Source of the DNA: Chrysomallon squamiferum
Taxonomy: Eukaryota; Animalia; Mollusca
DNA length: 64,000 bases
Direction of reading: 5' to 3'
Assembly: GCA_012295275.1 (NCBI GenBank)
Contig: CM022673.1
Span: forward strand, 6,324,001-6,388,000
In this document: in pieces, positions 1-14,379 of the stretch
Position numbering within the stretch: position 1 is the first letter of the stretch
Layout: the number at the start of each line of letters is the position of its first letter
Program-made: the position numbers and the translations under genes
The notes under the pieces: model-generated
The model's input: the letters and a program-made list of their open reading frames with translations, nothing else
Databases searched by the model: none
Told to the model about the DNA's origin: nothing

Positions 1-1139
1 ATCGGGCGGTCATAAATTTGTATGGTCGGAGTTTCGCCAGCCGTAGCACCATATTGTTTACGTCCGCACAACTTATTTACGGTGGTTGATGCGACTATAG
101 GTCTATAGATATTACCCTTTTCAATGGTAGTTTATCCTTCAATATACCTCCTAAGCGACCAGCAAGTATTCATATGGTGATAACGCAACAAAACGTAAAT
201 GTTACTATTGTTACAAAATTGTTAATAGAGGAAAAACTCTAAGACTAGCATTGTGTCATAACGAAGATCAAGTAACCTGAACTAGATTTACGTCTGTGTA
301 CGTTGTATTGGTATCAGTAATGTAGTGTATAACATGCATTATTTTGTTTTGTTTTTTTCTTTAATCTAAGTTGTTCCGACTCGTTTCTGATCGCATTATT
401 TGCCGCATTATTGAGTCCAGCCTTTACAGAAATTTCTGAAACGTCAAGTTCATGTTTAAAATTGTTGAAAAAATAAAAAGTATAGTGAGATCCCCGCTTA
501 AAATGAATTCAATAGGACAGTTATTTATTTTTGACATCCGTGATAAGGACATAATTACGTTTTATCGCTTACTGTACAGTAATAGAAAAAAATATTGCAT
601 TAAACGAACTGTTAGCGTAATTTGTATGCTGGCTGTTTTAAATTTTAGATTTGTTTCTTTTCACGAAGTATGCAAGCTTTATAAACCGTATTTCTACTAA
701 ATACACAATTTCACCGAAAATATATATTTTTATATACACAAACAACTGCACATTGTCTGATCGGATAGTAAATTATAATTCGGCTGGATCCGTTTCTGAA
801 CTGAGCTGGTTGCTGATGTTGAACGGTTCGTTCGCTACCCAAGTGCGATCAGTAGATCATTTACGTTCCTTATTTAATTTTTTTTTTTTTTGACATTTAT
901 TTCTTTTATTTATTCCTAAATATGTTTCAGTAAATTAAATAAAAATGAAAAAGAAAAAATTAATATTAATTAGTTAATTAATTAATGAGAAAACACCAGT
1001 TATAGCAACAACAACAAAATTTGAAATAATAACGAAAAAAAAAAAAAAAAAAAGAAGAAAAAAAGGATGAAGAAGAAGAACATCATCAACAGCAGCAACT
1101 AGATGATGATGATGATGATGATGATGAAAATAACAAATG

Positions 1140-1310
1140 ATCATTGAAAGTCCGGTTATGTGCTTTCCTGTGTATGAAAATATGCATATAAAAGATTTCT
1201 TTCTGCTTACAGAAAAATGTCTCGGATTTCATTAATCAACACCTAATTATAGAAATAAGGAAAAACATTTTTACGGAGGCGTTATTGAACAAAACTAAAT
1301 TTTTCATCTC
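1140..1310 (+). repeat. Degenerate interspersed (SINE-like) repeat fragment
   Basis: Shares the motif order tgcatataa(a/c)a(g/t)at ... gaaaaa ... aacaaaac with 27640-27810. Similarity judged by eye only. Confidence 0.3.
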
Positions 1311-1382
1311 GAAATACTGAAACATGTTGTAAAGGCCACTAATATTCAACACTTTATTTAGCTCTGAACAAAAATATTTTAA

Positions 1383-1413
<31 letters not shown>

Positions 1414-1944
1414 TAAATGCTAGTTGTCCAGATTTGGATTTCTAATGTTAAAGATGTTTTAATAATTTCTTAAAATCCATTATGTGTTTATTCAAAGTGG
1501 TAGCTTTGTTATAAAATAATTTAACGAAATAATTTTGTCGTAAATGTCTACCACTGAATCTGTTAACACTTTAGTACGCGTGGCTGTTTAATTATTATTA
1601 GTATATCATCATCACTAGTAGTAGTAATAGTAGCAGTAGTAGCAGTAGCAATAGTAGTAGTGGAGGTAGTAATAAAATAATTAAACGAGGCAGCGATTTA
1701 GCTATTTATTTATCTCATTATTTAAAAAATAGACTTCATACGATATTTATGATTCGTAAAAACTCGTTTTAATGTAAGGATAAAATAGAGTTATATATGA
1801 TGAGACTTTTTTCCTGCATGATGTTCCTTCAGAATGCTTCGTTTGTTTTGGAAATTTAACATCTCTCTGGAAGTGTGTTCCATACCTACACAGATTCAAT
1901 TCACCATATATATCTTACACTTTTGGCATTCCTAATTCAAACAC

Positions 1945-1999
<55 letters not shown>

Positions 2000-2434
2000 T
2001 TCTTGTCGGAGGTAGTTTGCGCGCGCGTGGTTGTTTGTGGTCACTTTACAAAACTGAAGGTTCCATTTATTTATTTGGTTATTTGTTTGTTTGTTTATGT
2101 ATTTTCATATTTCAGATTCAAGATGTTTCTGTAAATGAAAAAAACAATCCAAAACAAAACAAAACAAGAACAGAATTAAAACAAAACGTATAAACTTTTA
2201 AAGTTTAATTAAAATAACATCAAATCAAAATTGAAAAATATCAAAATAAAATATAGTAGAAACAAAGAAAAATAAAGAAAAGAAAATTTAGACGAAAAAA
2301 GTCAAATCAATCAAATTAATCTAACAATGTAATCAAAATTAAAGAAAATAAAAATTAAATTAAACTAAATTAATATTAAAATAGCAATAATACAAAACAA
2401 ATAAATAAATAAATAAATATATCAAAATTCTTAC

Positions 2435-2489
2435 CTGACCGCACTAGGAGAATAAGTCCAAACCATAAAATATGACAAAAGTTCTTCAT
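2435..2489 (-). CDS. Putative first coding exon (signal peptide) of a secreted or membrane protein gene continuing off the left edge
   Basis: ATG at 2489 encodes MKNFCHILWFGLILLVRS+G (basic N-terminus, hydrophobic core) and ends at a strong phase-1 donor, CAG|GTAAGA (GT at 2434-2433). A CpG-rich promoter-like tract lies directly upstream. No downstream exon found in the window. Confidence 0.5.
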
Positions 2490-2559
2490 TCTTTTTCTTG
2501 TTATTAACTTTCTACAGTTTTGCACACACGGATCCTTTTGCCTAAATGTCCGATCTGAA

Positions 2560-3420
2560 GAAAAAGTCAACTTTTAAATGTGTGGCAGCTCTTCTTTTTG
2601 CGTTGGAGAAGGTTAAATATCCTTTTATTCGCAAGTGGTTTCTCTTAAAATTAATACGCTGGCGTTAATTCCTCCCTTCCGGCTGTGCACCGCTCTCTAG
2701 ATGTTCAGTTTTCTTCCCACGCGTAGGTCCCGTATGTTTGGGGCGCGAGATTGATACGAGAGTAATTGTTTCTCTGCCAATTTTAGCAAAGGAGGGCGAT
2801 TCTGATTGGCTAACTCTGCGGGACGGAGTCAGCAATGTCGTCACGGCACCAGCAGAGGATGACGGGTAATGCCGCTACGTCAGCGGCTTAATTGACGCTG
2901 ATTCGCCACTTCGGGGAGTATCTGGCAAGAAGCGGAAATTTGATGTTTAAGCAGACGAACACGCTATGGCGATTCGTAATATTTATAAAACTCGTTTTAA
3001 AAACTGTCCCGGTTACCCAAGGGGGTGAGACAGGTAATTTTTATTGCCTGATGAAATGTTCTTTTATTGCCTTCTCCAACGTAAGAGAATAATAAGGTTG
3101 ACGTAGATTAGCAATGAACACGTGGTAATCTTCGAGTGGGCTACCCGCCAGGCGAGTTAGACCTAAGCTTGTGACGAAATTGCATTTTAGAAATCGTAAT
3201 TAAGATAACGGACGAAGATCGATACCCTAAACATGATGTCCATATCAAATTGGTTTGATTTCGTTTTTGAGTGCGTGAAAAACAGGCCAATCCTTCGCGA
3301 ATACGAACAATGAAATGGCGAGCAAGGCTCATACGGTGAAACGAAAAATGTCACATTCCGTGGCTAAGTCAATTGCTTTAATTGGACATCTTGTGGATTC
3401 GGGATTTAGGTATTTAGAAT
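2560..3420. promoter_or_regulatory. CpG/GC-rich promoter or enhancer-like island
   Basis: Locally high GC and CpG in an AT-rich background. CCAAT box (gattggct, ~2805), several TAAT/TTTAT homeodomain cores, YY1-like aaatggcg (~3313). Sits upstream of the minus-strand signal-peptide exon. Confidence 0.4.
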
Positions 3421-3910
3421 CGAACTTCCTTAATAATTACAGAACTGATCATTAATTTCAAGTCAAAGAGTGAAGGCTATGCTTCTAAACATAATAAAAG
3501 TTCAATTTTGATTTTTTGTTGTTTTTTTTTTTTTTGACTTTTTGACATTTTGATTTTTTTCAGTTCAAATTATTTTGCATTCATTTATTTTTGTTTTCTC
3601 TTTTGTTTGCTTGTTTGATGACAACTTGGTTGTCGTAGTTGATTTAAATTTTATTCCTTTGAAAATTTAGTAATGTGAAGAAGTCAACGTTAATGCATTA
3701 TTTTCTTATACCTCAGAATAATAGTTTTTTGTGATTTTTTGAATAATAAAATATAATACTTAGAGTGCGAATACACTGTAATCCCTCATTTTAAGTTCTT
3801 CTCAGCTTATTTATGGTATTGTATGATAAACAGATATCTGGACTTTGGTTTCCACCATCTTTTTTTTTGTGTGGATAAATTGGACTAAATGGCTGTGTAT
3901 ACGGTTCGAG

Positions 3911-3911
3911 A

Positions 3912-4006
<95 letters not shown>
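3911..4006. repeat. Compound microsatellite (TG)n(GA)n
   Basis: Directly visible; source of the CVCV/ERER/SLSL ORFs. Confidence 0.95.
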
Positions 4007-4008
<2 letters not shown>

Positions 4009-4144
4009 AAAGGAAGTATATAAGATAGAAAGGTAAAACGAAACAGAAAACAAATTTGAATTTTTTGTATATAATCTCTGTAATTAGAAGTAACAGTACT
4101 GGTGGTAGTAGTGATAGTAGTAGTTGTTGTGGTAGTAAAAGTTA

Positions 4145-4358
4145 TTTTAGTAATGGTAATAGAAATATTATGAGTGAAGTAGCTGTACAAATAGTTAGCA
4201 ACAATCAAAAGTAGTAGCAATAACAATAAAAGTGTTAGTAATTGCACTAAAAGTAGTATAATAGTAGTTATTATAGTGGTAATATTAGAAGTATTAATAC
4301 TTCATGCAAATTTAAAAATAGTAAGATTATGATAACTGTACATACACATATCAAAAAA

Positions 4359-4448
<90 letters not shown>

Positions 4449-4700
4449 TGATGCTCTAAGCACCGCAATAAAGAACAAAAACTAGAAGATATATGAAGGA
4501 TTTATTTTTTAATTATAATTCAGAAAACAATTAGATGAATAGTAATTTTAGTAATGGTAGTTAAAATATTATCAGTGAAGTAGTTGTACAAATAGTAAAA
4601 GCAATAACAATAAAAGTATTAGCAGATGCACAAAAAAATGTAGGTGTAATCCTAGTTTAATAGTAGTAATAATAGCGGTAATATTAGAAGACTTTATGCA
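4145..4700. repeat. Diverged ~400-bp-period local duplication around an (AT)n(AG)n microsatellite
   Basis: ttttagtaatggta..aaatattat(g/c)agtgaagtag(c/t)tgtacaaatagt..gcaataacaataaaagt..ggtaatattagaag occurs at ~4145-4290 and again at ~4546-4690. Confidence 0.75.
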
Positions 4701-5602
4701 ATATTGGTAGAAAAACAACTAGCAATAGTAGTATTATAGAAATAATAATACTTTTTCATAGTAATGGTAGGGAATAATAAAGGGAATAAAAACAGTAGTA
4801 ACTATAGTAGTAGTTGTAGAAGTAGTATTAATACTGGAAGTATTAGCAGACATGTTGTAGCAACAGCGGCTTGCAATGACACAAGTCAAAATAAGCATTT
4901 ATTCTTTCCGTTCGGGATTTTCTTAGCACGGGAAAAGTTTCACTACTCTGCAGAATGCACCAGTTTCCCCCGAGACACTGCATGTTGAAAAGGTCAGAGG
5001 AAAAACCTGCTTTTAGCTGACAATGCACGATAATCGGGATGGTTTTGCCAACGTAGATTCATTCAGCGATAACGGCGAACATGTCTGCCTTAATTGCATG
5101 TGATTTTCGTCACCAAAGAAAAACAAAATGATTGCTAGTGTTCGGCGAAAGATGGGTGGGTACCCAGGATGAATGTTCGATACCGTCCAAATCGGTTATT
5201 GGTTTATGTGTCATTTCTGGCTTCCTGTGTGAATGTTTTATTGTTAATTGTCTTTGTTCCTCACTGAGTCCGTCTGTTATTAAATGCGTCTGTCTGTCTG
5301 TCTGACTTTCTCAATGTCATTCTGCCTTTTTTCAAATATAGACTTCACCTTTACTTTTAATAACAGTCCACGCATAAACTTTGGCACAAGTAATAAAAAT
5401 AGTTAGTTATTATTGCTGTTGTTGCTGTTCAAATTACTGCCGTAAAAAATATAATAATAATAATAGTAGTGGTAGTAATAACAAAAATAACAATAATGAC
5501 GATGATGATGATGATAATAAATAATAATAATACAAAAAAAATCATGAACTATTTTGAATGAACCTAAAATATTATTAAAAAATATTATCATCTATCATGC
5601 TG

Positions 5603-5667
<65 letters not shown>

Positions 5668-6082
5668 AATAGTCATATATAATAAATGTTATATAAATCA
5701 TGTCAAGGACATCATTTATAATAGAAAAAAAAAATACCTATACACTTGTGTATATTTTATTATTAATTTCTGTTTATTTGTTGCTGTTTTTTTATTTGTT
5801 TGTTTGTTTGTTTTGTTTTGTTTATTTAATTATTAATTTATTTATTATTTTTTAATTTTTTTATTATAATTATTTTTTTAATTAAAATATACATATATTT
5901 GTCAAAATAAAAGAATTATGAATAACCAGATATCATCCATAAGGGTAACAAGTTAATAAATTAAACTTTTCACGAAATTAGAAGACTGAAATAACAACAT
6001 TAAATCAACAATTCTATCTTTATTAAATTTATTTTTTACATTTTTAAGAAAATGTTAAATAATTTTACACAACCATTATACA

Positions 6083-6282
6083 CAGGGTGGTCCAAAAGTA
6101 GGTGGACAGTATATGGGTTAGGGTTATATTATTACAATGGTGTTCATGGTATTTGTGCTATATTATTTAAAATTTTATAACTACAATTTACTGTCCAGTT
6201 ACTTTTGGAGTAAATATAACTGTGTAAGTAATCTCAAAATAAATGTTTTTATTTACTGTCCACCTACTTTTGGACCACCCTG
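6083..6282. mobile_element. Tc1/mariner-type MITE (200 bp)
   Basis: Perfect 29-bp terminal inverted repeats, cagggtggtccaaaagtaggtggacagta (6083-6111 and 6254-6282). TA follows the right end; the left flank is CA. Partial internal TIR copy at ~6187-6209. Confidence 0.85.
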
Positions 6283-7237
6283 TACACAGTCACTGTAACT
6301 CCATTCAAAGAAAACCACCAGACGAACATGCTACGGCTATTTCACCTTCTGTTGTTTTAAATAGTATTCAAAATAACACCAATAATAATAATAATGATGA
6401 TGATGATAATGATGATGATGATGATGATGATGATAATAATAATAATAATAATGATGATGATAATGATGATAATAATATCAATAATAATAATGATGATAAT
6501 AATAAATAAATAAATAAATAAATAGGTAGAATTCATTTATTTCTATATTTTCATTTTTATATATATTTGTTTGTTTAAATATTTATTTATTGTTTGCTTG
6601 TTTGTTTATTTACTTATTTATTGTTTGTTTGTTTGTTTACTTATTTGCTAATTTATTTAACCATTTATTTAACAAGATTATTAAACGTTTTCACTAAACA
6701 TACATAAATAAGCAAATGTTTAAAGCTATATAGAAAAGACAAAAGAAAAACATCTCTTCTTACCTAACTATAGCATATTGTGTGGGTTTGTTTAATTCAG
6801 AAAACACAATTAAACCAGTTTCTAACTACAAAATTTAAGTACAAACTGCAAGACGTTGTCATGACGTAACGTTGATTTTGGACTGATTTCTCAAAAATTC
6901 ATTGCTTCCTTCTTTCTTCATCTTTTCGTTACATCGTCTCCGTATTAAAATGGGCTTTTCGCTTCTTAACGCGTTGTTTATCGCAAGATTTCAGCTTGTG
7001 TATGTAACCGAGCACGTAACCAAATCAGAGAAAAAGAACTGACTGACTGCAGGTAGTTAACCCAGCTAACACTATCACTTGAACGGGGTCGCTGTTTGGC
7101 TTCTTTCCGTTGTGTTTTTTGAGATAAAGAAATTTGAATCATTTGTCTCTGAAAGTTAACCCCTAAAAGTTATGTAGACATATATTACTGACAAGTATAT
7201 AATTTAAATAAAATAAAATTATACAAACATACATCAA

Positions 7238-7393
<156 letters not shown>

Positions 7394-7490
7394 AGGTGCT
7401 CTAAGCTATAAGATATATGAAGTAATAATTGTTTAATTATATTTGAGAAAACCACTGGATAAATAAATTTCATGTCGTTTGGTTCATATA

Positions 7491-8073
7491 CAGAGTGTCC
7501 CAAAAGTAACCGAACCGCAAACTTAAATAAAATTAGATATTAAAAATAACTAATTTAATCTGTATATTTAGTATTTACAAATGTTCAAAATGTCTACCTT
7601 GAACTTCAATACAATCACTGTTTTTGGACGACCTTTTTTAGGAGCATTTGACACACTTCCAGTTACTTCAAATTTGGAAACAAGATTGAACATTGTCGAT
7701 TTACTCGGTACAGGTGTTCTAAAGTTTACTTCCCATCTTTCTTCAACATGCATGTAGCTAGTCATTGCATAGTAATTCTTAATAACGAAGATACGTTCGT
7801 TTAAATGTAAAGTTCTTCGCTGCATTTTTAAGAGTGAGGGAACATTTCAAGTCAAACCATGGAGAATCCAGTAGCATGTGCTAAAACAGAAGTCTCGATC
7901 ACAAAGAACACTACAATCAGGTAACAAAAATCATTCGAAAGACTACTACTGACAGATGTAAATGAACAGTACAAAAGATAACATAAAATGACATAAAAGA
8001 TGGAATTAAATTTGTTGTTTTTAATATCTAATTTTATTTAAGTTTGCGCTTCGGTTACTTTTGGGACACCCTG
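7491..8073 (-). mobile_element. Internally deleted Tc1/mariner-superfamily DNA transposon
   Basis: ~69-bp TIRs (cag(a/g)gtgtcccaaaagtaaccgaa(c/g)cgcaaacttaaataaaattagatattaaaa) with ~4 mismatches, and TA on both sides (7489-90, 8074-75). ORF 7825-7568 encodes a DUF4817-type N-terminal HTH (ERIFVIKNYY..PSKSTMFNLVSKFEVTGSVSNAPKKGRPKT) with no DDE domain. Confidence 0.9.
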
Positions 8074-9128
8074 TATAGATGTATATTGTTATTAAATATT
8101 AGCATGTGATATCTCTCTTTCTTTTTCTCTATCTTTCTTTCCTTTTCTCTCTCATCTTTATACTATGCATATAAATGCACACATACTGTTTCCTGTTTTA
8201 TTCTTTCCGGTTTTTTTTTCTTTTCTACTACTACTACTACGACTACTACTGTAATTACTACAAGTACTATTACTATTTATATTATGACTACGAACACTAT
8301 TATACTACTACTACTAATGCTACTACTACTACTTCCCTTATCTTATTTATTTTAAAGGAATACAGATTATTAATCTTCCTGAATCATATTTTTTCCCTTC
8401 CTTGTTCTTTTCTTTCTTTATTGCACGTGCATGCGACTTGGGATTTACATTTTTGGACAGACACGTTGATAAGACCTACCGTGCCTCACATGATTATACT
8501 ACTTTCACGAAAACAGATCGAAATTAGTCAGTTAGTGGTCCGGTAGTCATGGCGATTTGATACCAATATGGTTTGATGTTTAACACTCCCAACCAACAGA
8601 GGGTTGATAATGGGCGTCACGTTACACATGAAGGCAGAGCGATTATAATCTTTCAGGTCGGACATTTATAGTGAACATGGAACGTTATTGTAGTCTGAAG
8701 AAGAAGAAAGAAAAAAATGGACAAGTCAGCCCACGCTGAAATCCAGACTATTTTTTTTTGGATAATAGTTTCAAGACTAAAACGTATTCGCCAGGGAAGA
8801 AAACTGCGACTTGTCACATAAGATAAGTTATTAATGGAGTAAACGAAAAACAGATACACAAGCAGTGAGAAAGAGATCGCAGAGAATGAGAAACAGAAAG
8901 AGACCGTGCATACGAAAAGGAAAAAGACAAAACAGAGAGAGAGAGAGAGAGAAGGACATTTGTCTAACATCAACACAGTAGATTCATGTTATCATTAAAT
9001 ACTAGTTATCCGAGTTTATTTATTTATTTAGAGAGTTTTTTTCTTGAGAGAGTAAACAAAAGGTATCTTTATGAAGGCAACAAAGCATTTTTCAAACTTT
9101 TGATATACATGAACAAATAAAGGATAAT

Positions 9129-9228
<100 letters not shown>

Positions 9229-10379
9229 CAAACATAGTCACATATCACCAACTTAATTTTATTTTATTTTATCACTAAAACCGTTCAATCCTCGCATTTC
9301 TGCTGGTTCTCAAAAACGATTTAACAAACCAACCTGTTCTGTGTCAGCTTCTTGTTTTTATTATTATTATTATTATTAATAGTATGACAGTAATTATTAC
9401 GATTATTATTGTTGTTACTGTTGTTATTATTAGTAGTAGTAGTAGTAGCAGCAGTAGTAGTACTGGTAATAGTAGAAATAATAATAGTGGTATTTAACAT
9501 TATTATTATTGTTGTTGTTACTGTTCATTACCGTTGTATCTGTTGTTGCTGCTGCAGCTGCTGTTGTTGTTATTTGATTGTTGATTAGTGGTGATGGTGG
9601 TAACACTGAAGTTCATTGTTTAAATGAAAAGATAGAGATGTTCATTTAATTTCATTAACGTTTTGCATTTATTTAGCCTATTATAATAGAGATTACTGCA
9701 AATAAATTATTATTACAACTACTTTTTACACAGGTTACATTATAAACATATTTATTTTGTTAAGATAAAAACAAAACTACTACAAGTTGGACTTCACGAT
9801 CCACACAAACACTAACTTACATGGTTGGCAGTTTTTGGAAATAAGCTGTAAAATCGCACATGAAATCGTTATTTAAATGTGTTAGTAAATTAAAGCCAAC
9901 AGTAATTATTATTATTACTGTTGCTACTACTATTTCTATTTTGTTTTATTTTTTAATTATTCTTATTTTTATTTATTTTTTTTTATTTATTTATTTATTT
10001 AAAAGTATTTCGGATGTGAGTGTTTGTGAGCGAGTTGTTATTATTGTTTTCATATGTATCCCAATAGACTGAAAATTCTAATTTATTAAATTATGTAATT
10101 ATAACTGTAACAACGTACAAAATGTAAGTTTGTGTTATACTAAATTATTTTGTTCAGCGCAACTCCTAGTTGTACACATTTTAATTTTCGATGGTATTTT
10201 CCTGTATAAAATTGTTTTGCTGTATGAAATTTCCGTTAAAATATGGTAAACAATAGCTAAATAAATAATGAAAGAAGATAATAATAAATATGATTATATT
10301 TTTATTCACTTTCTTTATGAAAAGAAGTAAAACTTTCGATAACAAACCGTCTAAAGAGTTATGGCTTGTCCATCAATAT

Positions 10380-10533
10380 ATGGTCACGTGATCATTTGGA
10401 ATTCTGGGAGCAGCCATGTGTAACAAAGGGAAGGTGCGTGGGAGTGCAGACAACTTTTGTCGGTCATTTTAAAGCAGTGAGGGAAATGTTGATCTTTTTA
10501 TGGAAATAGACTTTTTAGACTTAATTAGAAGTG
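10380..10533 (+). promoter_or_regulatory. Probable promoter and non-coding first exon of the TNFR-like gene
   Basis: Palindromic E-box tcacgtga (10384-10391), then a GC-richer stretch ending at donor G|GTAAGT (10534). It pairs with acceptor tactttcag| before 11781. Exact TSS unknown. Confidence 0.55.
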
Positions 10534-11855
10534 GTAAGTTTCGGGAATAATGTTTAAACATTAACATAAACTGCCTACCCAAGTGAAAAAGAATAACTGC
10601 ACAATTTAAAGGCAGCGTTTTAGTTTTTGCCATGTTGGGTTTTGAGATAATGTTGACGTCTCATTTTAAAATGTTTTATTTTTAATTTACTGTCTTCTAA
10701 TAATATAAATTATGTTATTTGTTGCAGCCATATATCATTATTATTTAAATGCACTTATACGAATAAATGGCTTAATCGAAACATTTGTACATATAAGACA
10801 AACATTTGTTTTATTATCCAAAATTACTGTGTACCCGTGTTGTACTTATTTTCGTTGATAAATTTCTATTTTTGTCGATACTAAACATAGTTTGTATATT
10901 TATTGCTACTAAATAATGATCAAATTTTACATTTTAAGGTGTACATGTTTATATTTTAAAAAATGAGGTACTATAATAAAAGTTGTGTATACTTCTGGGT
11001 ATTATTACTGAAACAGAAAATTAAAAAATTAAAACTAAGAATGATAGACATAATCATAATGTCGATGGCACATTATTTCCCCATTGTTATTATTGTGTTA
11101 TTATAGTTTGACGTTTTAAATTTAATTTAATTTATTTATTATTTTATTTTATTTTATTTTTTTTTTTTTTTTTTATTGCTAATACTGAAAACATGGCCTT
11201 AGCTTTTGTAGCTAAAACTAAGAAACAGTTTAAAAATGGTGAAATCTAAATGATGATACCTTAATTTATTCATTAATTTATTATTATTTTCATCTAATCA
11301 CTTTATATACAATGTATTTTGCAAGAATTATCAATATTTTTAATTACAAATGTTCTTTTGAATGATTAATTACTTGAAGTCTTAAGATTTTTCATCTCTT
11401 TTTAACTAATGCATACGGAATGAGATAAATATAATGAACATTTAAAAATACTGTTTATTGTTATTCATGTTTTACTAATTACAAATTACTAATTCTGCCA
11501 TATCCATACTGGAACGATGACACTTAAAATTAAAGACTGATTAGATGTCATAAGTAATGAATAGCAAACATTACAAATATGATGTTATGGAGTATATATT
11601 GAGAATATAATTTTAAAATACTTCAGAATTATACATTTTATATAAGGTGTCTGTTGATCTCACTACAGATAAAATTTGTAGTACAAAAATGATCAATTAA
11701 ACATTTTTGAAAAATAATAGTGTAGTCATTAAATTGTTTTTTTTTTTTTTTTTTCACTGAACAGTATTTTGTACTTTCAGCCGATGGATTCTCCCTGAAT
11801 ATCTTTTTTTCCCAGTTTAGCAGTTAGAACTGATCCCTTCAAGACTAGAGCTGCA

Positions 11856-14338
11856 ATGTTGTTGCCAGTTTTGATTCTGTTTTTCTGTCAGATTCTCAGT
11901 GTCTTAGGACACTGCAAAACTGGACATTTCTGGAGCACAGAGCTAAGCAAGTGTAAGGAATGTTCTGTGTGCCCCGCCAACCACATCATCAGAAGACCTT
12001 GTGACGTGTACAGCGACACGCTATGTACCAAGTTCTTTGAGTTCGAGAACTTTAACTTGGTGAATGACTATGAAAAAGGCTATCACATTTCACCCGACTT
12101 CCCAAGAGACAAAACCATGGAACCAGTGGGGAAAGTGCACGACATGCCAACAATAACAAAAGATGTTGGACAGTACTGGAAGAATCTCGCCTTTGCCCTC
12201 ATTGGTGTTCTGTGTGCCATGATTGTCCTAGCAACCATTATTGTCTTCCTAGTTTGCCGCAAGTACCAAGTGACATCCAGCATAAAAGGGCCAGAAGAAT
12301 ATGATGGTGAGAAATATATATTTTTTTTAAATACATTTTGCCTTTTATTATATTTATTATTATTGTTATTATTTTGTCTTATAATATAGTGTGCAATTTC
12401 TGAAAAATTAATTGGTTGGTGATATGTAACTGATTTAATGCTGGTCTTGGTCAGTTTTAACCAGAATCCTCTTTGTACTTCATAATATGTGTTATTTCTT
12501 CCAACAATCACGGCCAACTTCATGTGTTTACTTAACTGTGGAAAGATACATATGCATAATTATAACAGTGGTCTTTGCTTATAGCCTGAAGGGCCTGCGG
12601 CATGGTCAAAGTTGCTCTAAGTTGTAAATATTTTGATGTATATGACCTCTAAAAATAGTAATTAAATGTGCTGAGGTGTTATTGAAGAAATATACATTCA
12701 GGTATATTTTGCATTGATAGCATCTATAGCATCTATAATCATATATACATGAAAACATAATGATATGTGATAATGTTTTTATACACATTCAGTGTAAGTG
12801 AAAAAAAAGTTATTGAAAAAAATACTCCACATCATTTTATAATTGATAGAGTACAATTTTTGATACATTTATTTTTTATTGAAGCTCCATTTTTTTTATT
12901 TAATATTTTTTTAAAGAATAAAAAGGAATAATTAGCTTTGAAAATTTTAGTAATTTAAAGTGAAATTATGGGGTTAAAGTAAGCAAATACTGTGACAAGG
13001 TCGGTGTTATTGTCCAACAAGTGATTTGTTTGTCTTGCATGCAGTGTTCAAATGTTGATTATTTGCTTGGGTCACCAAGACCACACATGTTTGTAAAGTT
13101 CACCCAGACCAAGTCTTCCAATTTCCTGTAGTTGAAGAAACAAAACGAGGTCCTTTCAAGGTATACACAGTTCACAACTGAGGAAGCTCTTTGCCAGTAA
13201 CTGAATGATTTCAGTGACTTTTTAATCTGTATAGCAAATAACTGATTTTTAATCTATTATTAATTTTTATTTTGTAAACAAGCTGTCATATGCTTTAGGA
13301 AATGATGAAATTTATCCATAAATTGTTTTCATTATATAATTTAATTTTACATATTTTTCATTATAAATACTATTTTACTGAAAATATAAAGTAAATATTT
13401 CCCATAGCTTAATTATATATAATTATTTTTCATTTCTGTTTTATAAAAAAAAAAAAAAAAAAAAAAATTAAGAACTCTATATATTTATCTGAAAATATGT
13501 GAGTGATATTTGTTTTTTACCAAATTTGAAAAAAAAGAAGAAAATTCAAATTTTTAAATTTATTATTATTATTGGTGGTGGTGGTTATAGCATTTTATAT
13601 CATTAGTACATCTGAATATTGGTTAATCTGTGACACTGAAATAAATCCCATTCAGATCCTTGCTTTGTTTTCAGAAGGACAACAGGCCAAGTTTAAAATT
13701 GACACAAGAGGTTACCTGTATGCCGTCCTTCACACTTCCACAACAACATTTCTGCCAAACACAATTCACCTTTTTACTTGGGCTGGTTTTTGTTTGCATT
13801 TCAAAAAAAAAAAAAAAAAAAAAAAAAAAGAAAGAAAAAAGAAAAATCATTTAAGAAATAAACTCCTTTGTTAAGAATTATCTTAAATTCAATTCTTGGC
13901 TGCTCTGTTGTTCTGTCTTGGCAATGCAGTTGTTGAGTGTAGACTTAACTGGAAAATAAAGACATAAATGATTGAAATTTAAGAATATAAACTAACAATG
14001 AAATTTAAAAAAAAAAAAAAAAAAAAAAGAAGTAGAAAAGTAAAGGATATGTATAGGTTTGGTTGTTCCATTATTTGAATTGATTATTTTTTTTTTTTTT
14101 TTTAAACACATTTTAGTATCCAATTCTTTCACAGTGTTAGGAGCTAGTGATCCCCATGTTATTGATTGGCAGTGAAATAAAATAAAATTGATTTTTTGAA
14201 AGCTCATGGTACCCCAGCAGGAACTGTAAATAATTTACAAAACAGGATTATCCTTTGATTACAAATTAGGCTTCTGGCATTTGGGCAGCAACATTCTTCA
14301 TTATTTTTCTAAATACATTCTGGCCTTTTTAACACTAA

Positions 14339-14379
<41 letters not shown>

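Noticed and set aside
12307-12389. Hydrophobic C-terminus of the 177-aa ORF as a second TM helix
   Set aside because: It lies past the G|GTGAG donor in T-rich intron sequence; the spliced form is more coherent.
12083-12523. 146-aa minus-strand ORF
   Set aside because: Antisense to the TNFR exon plus intron; no protein features.
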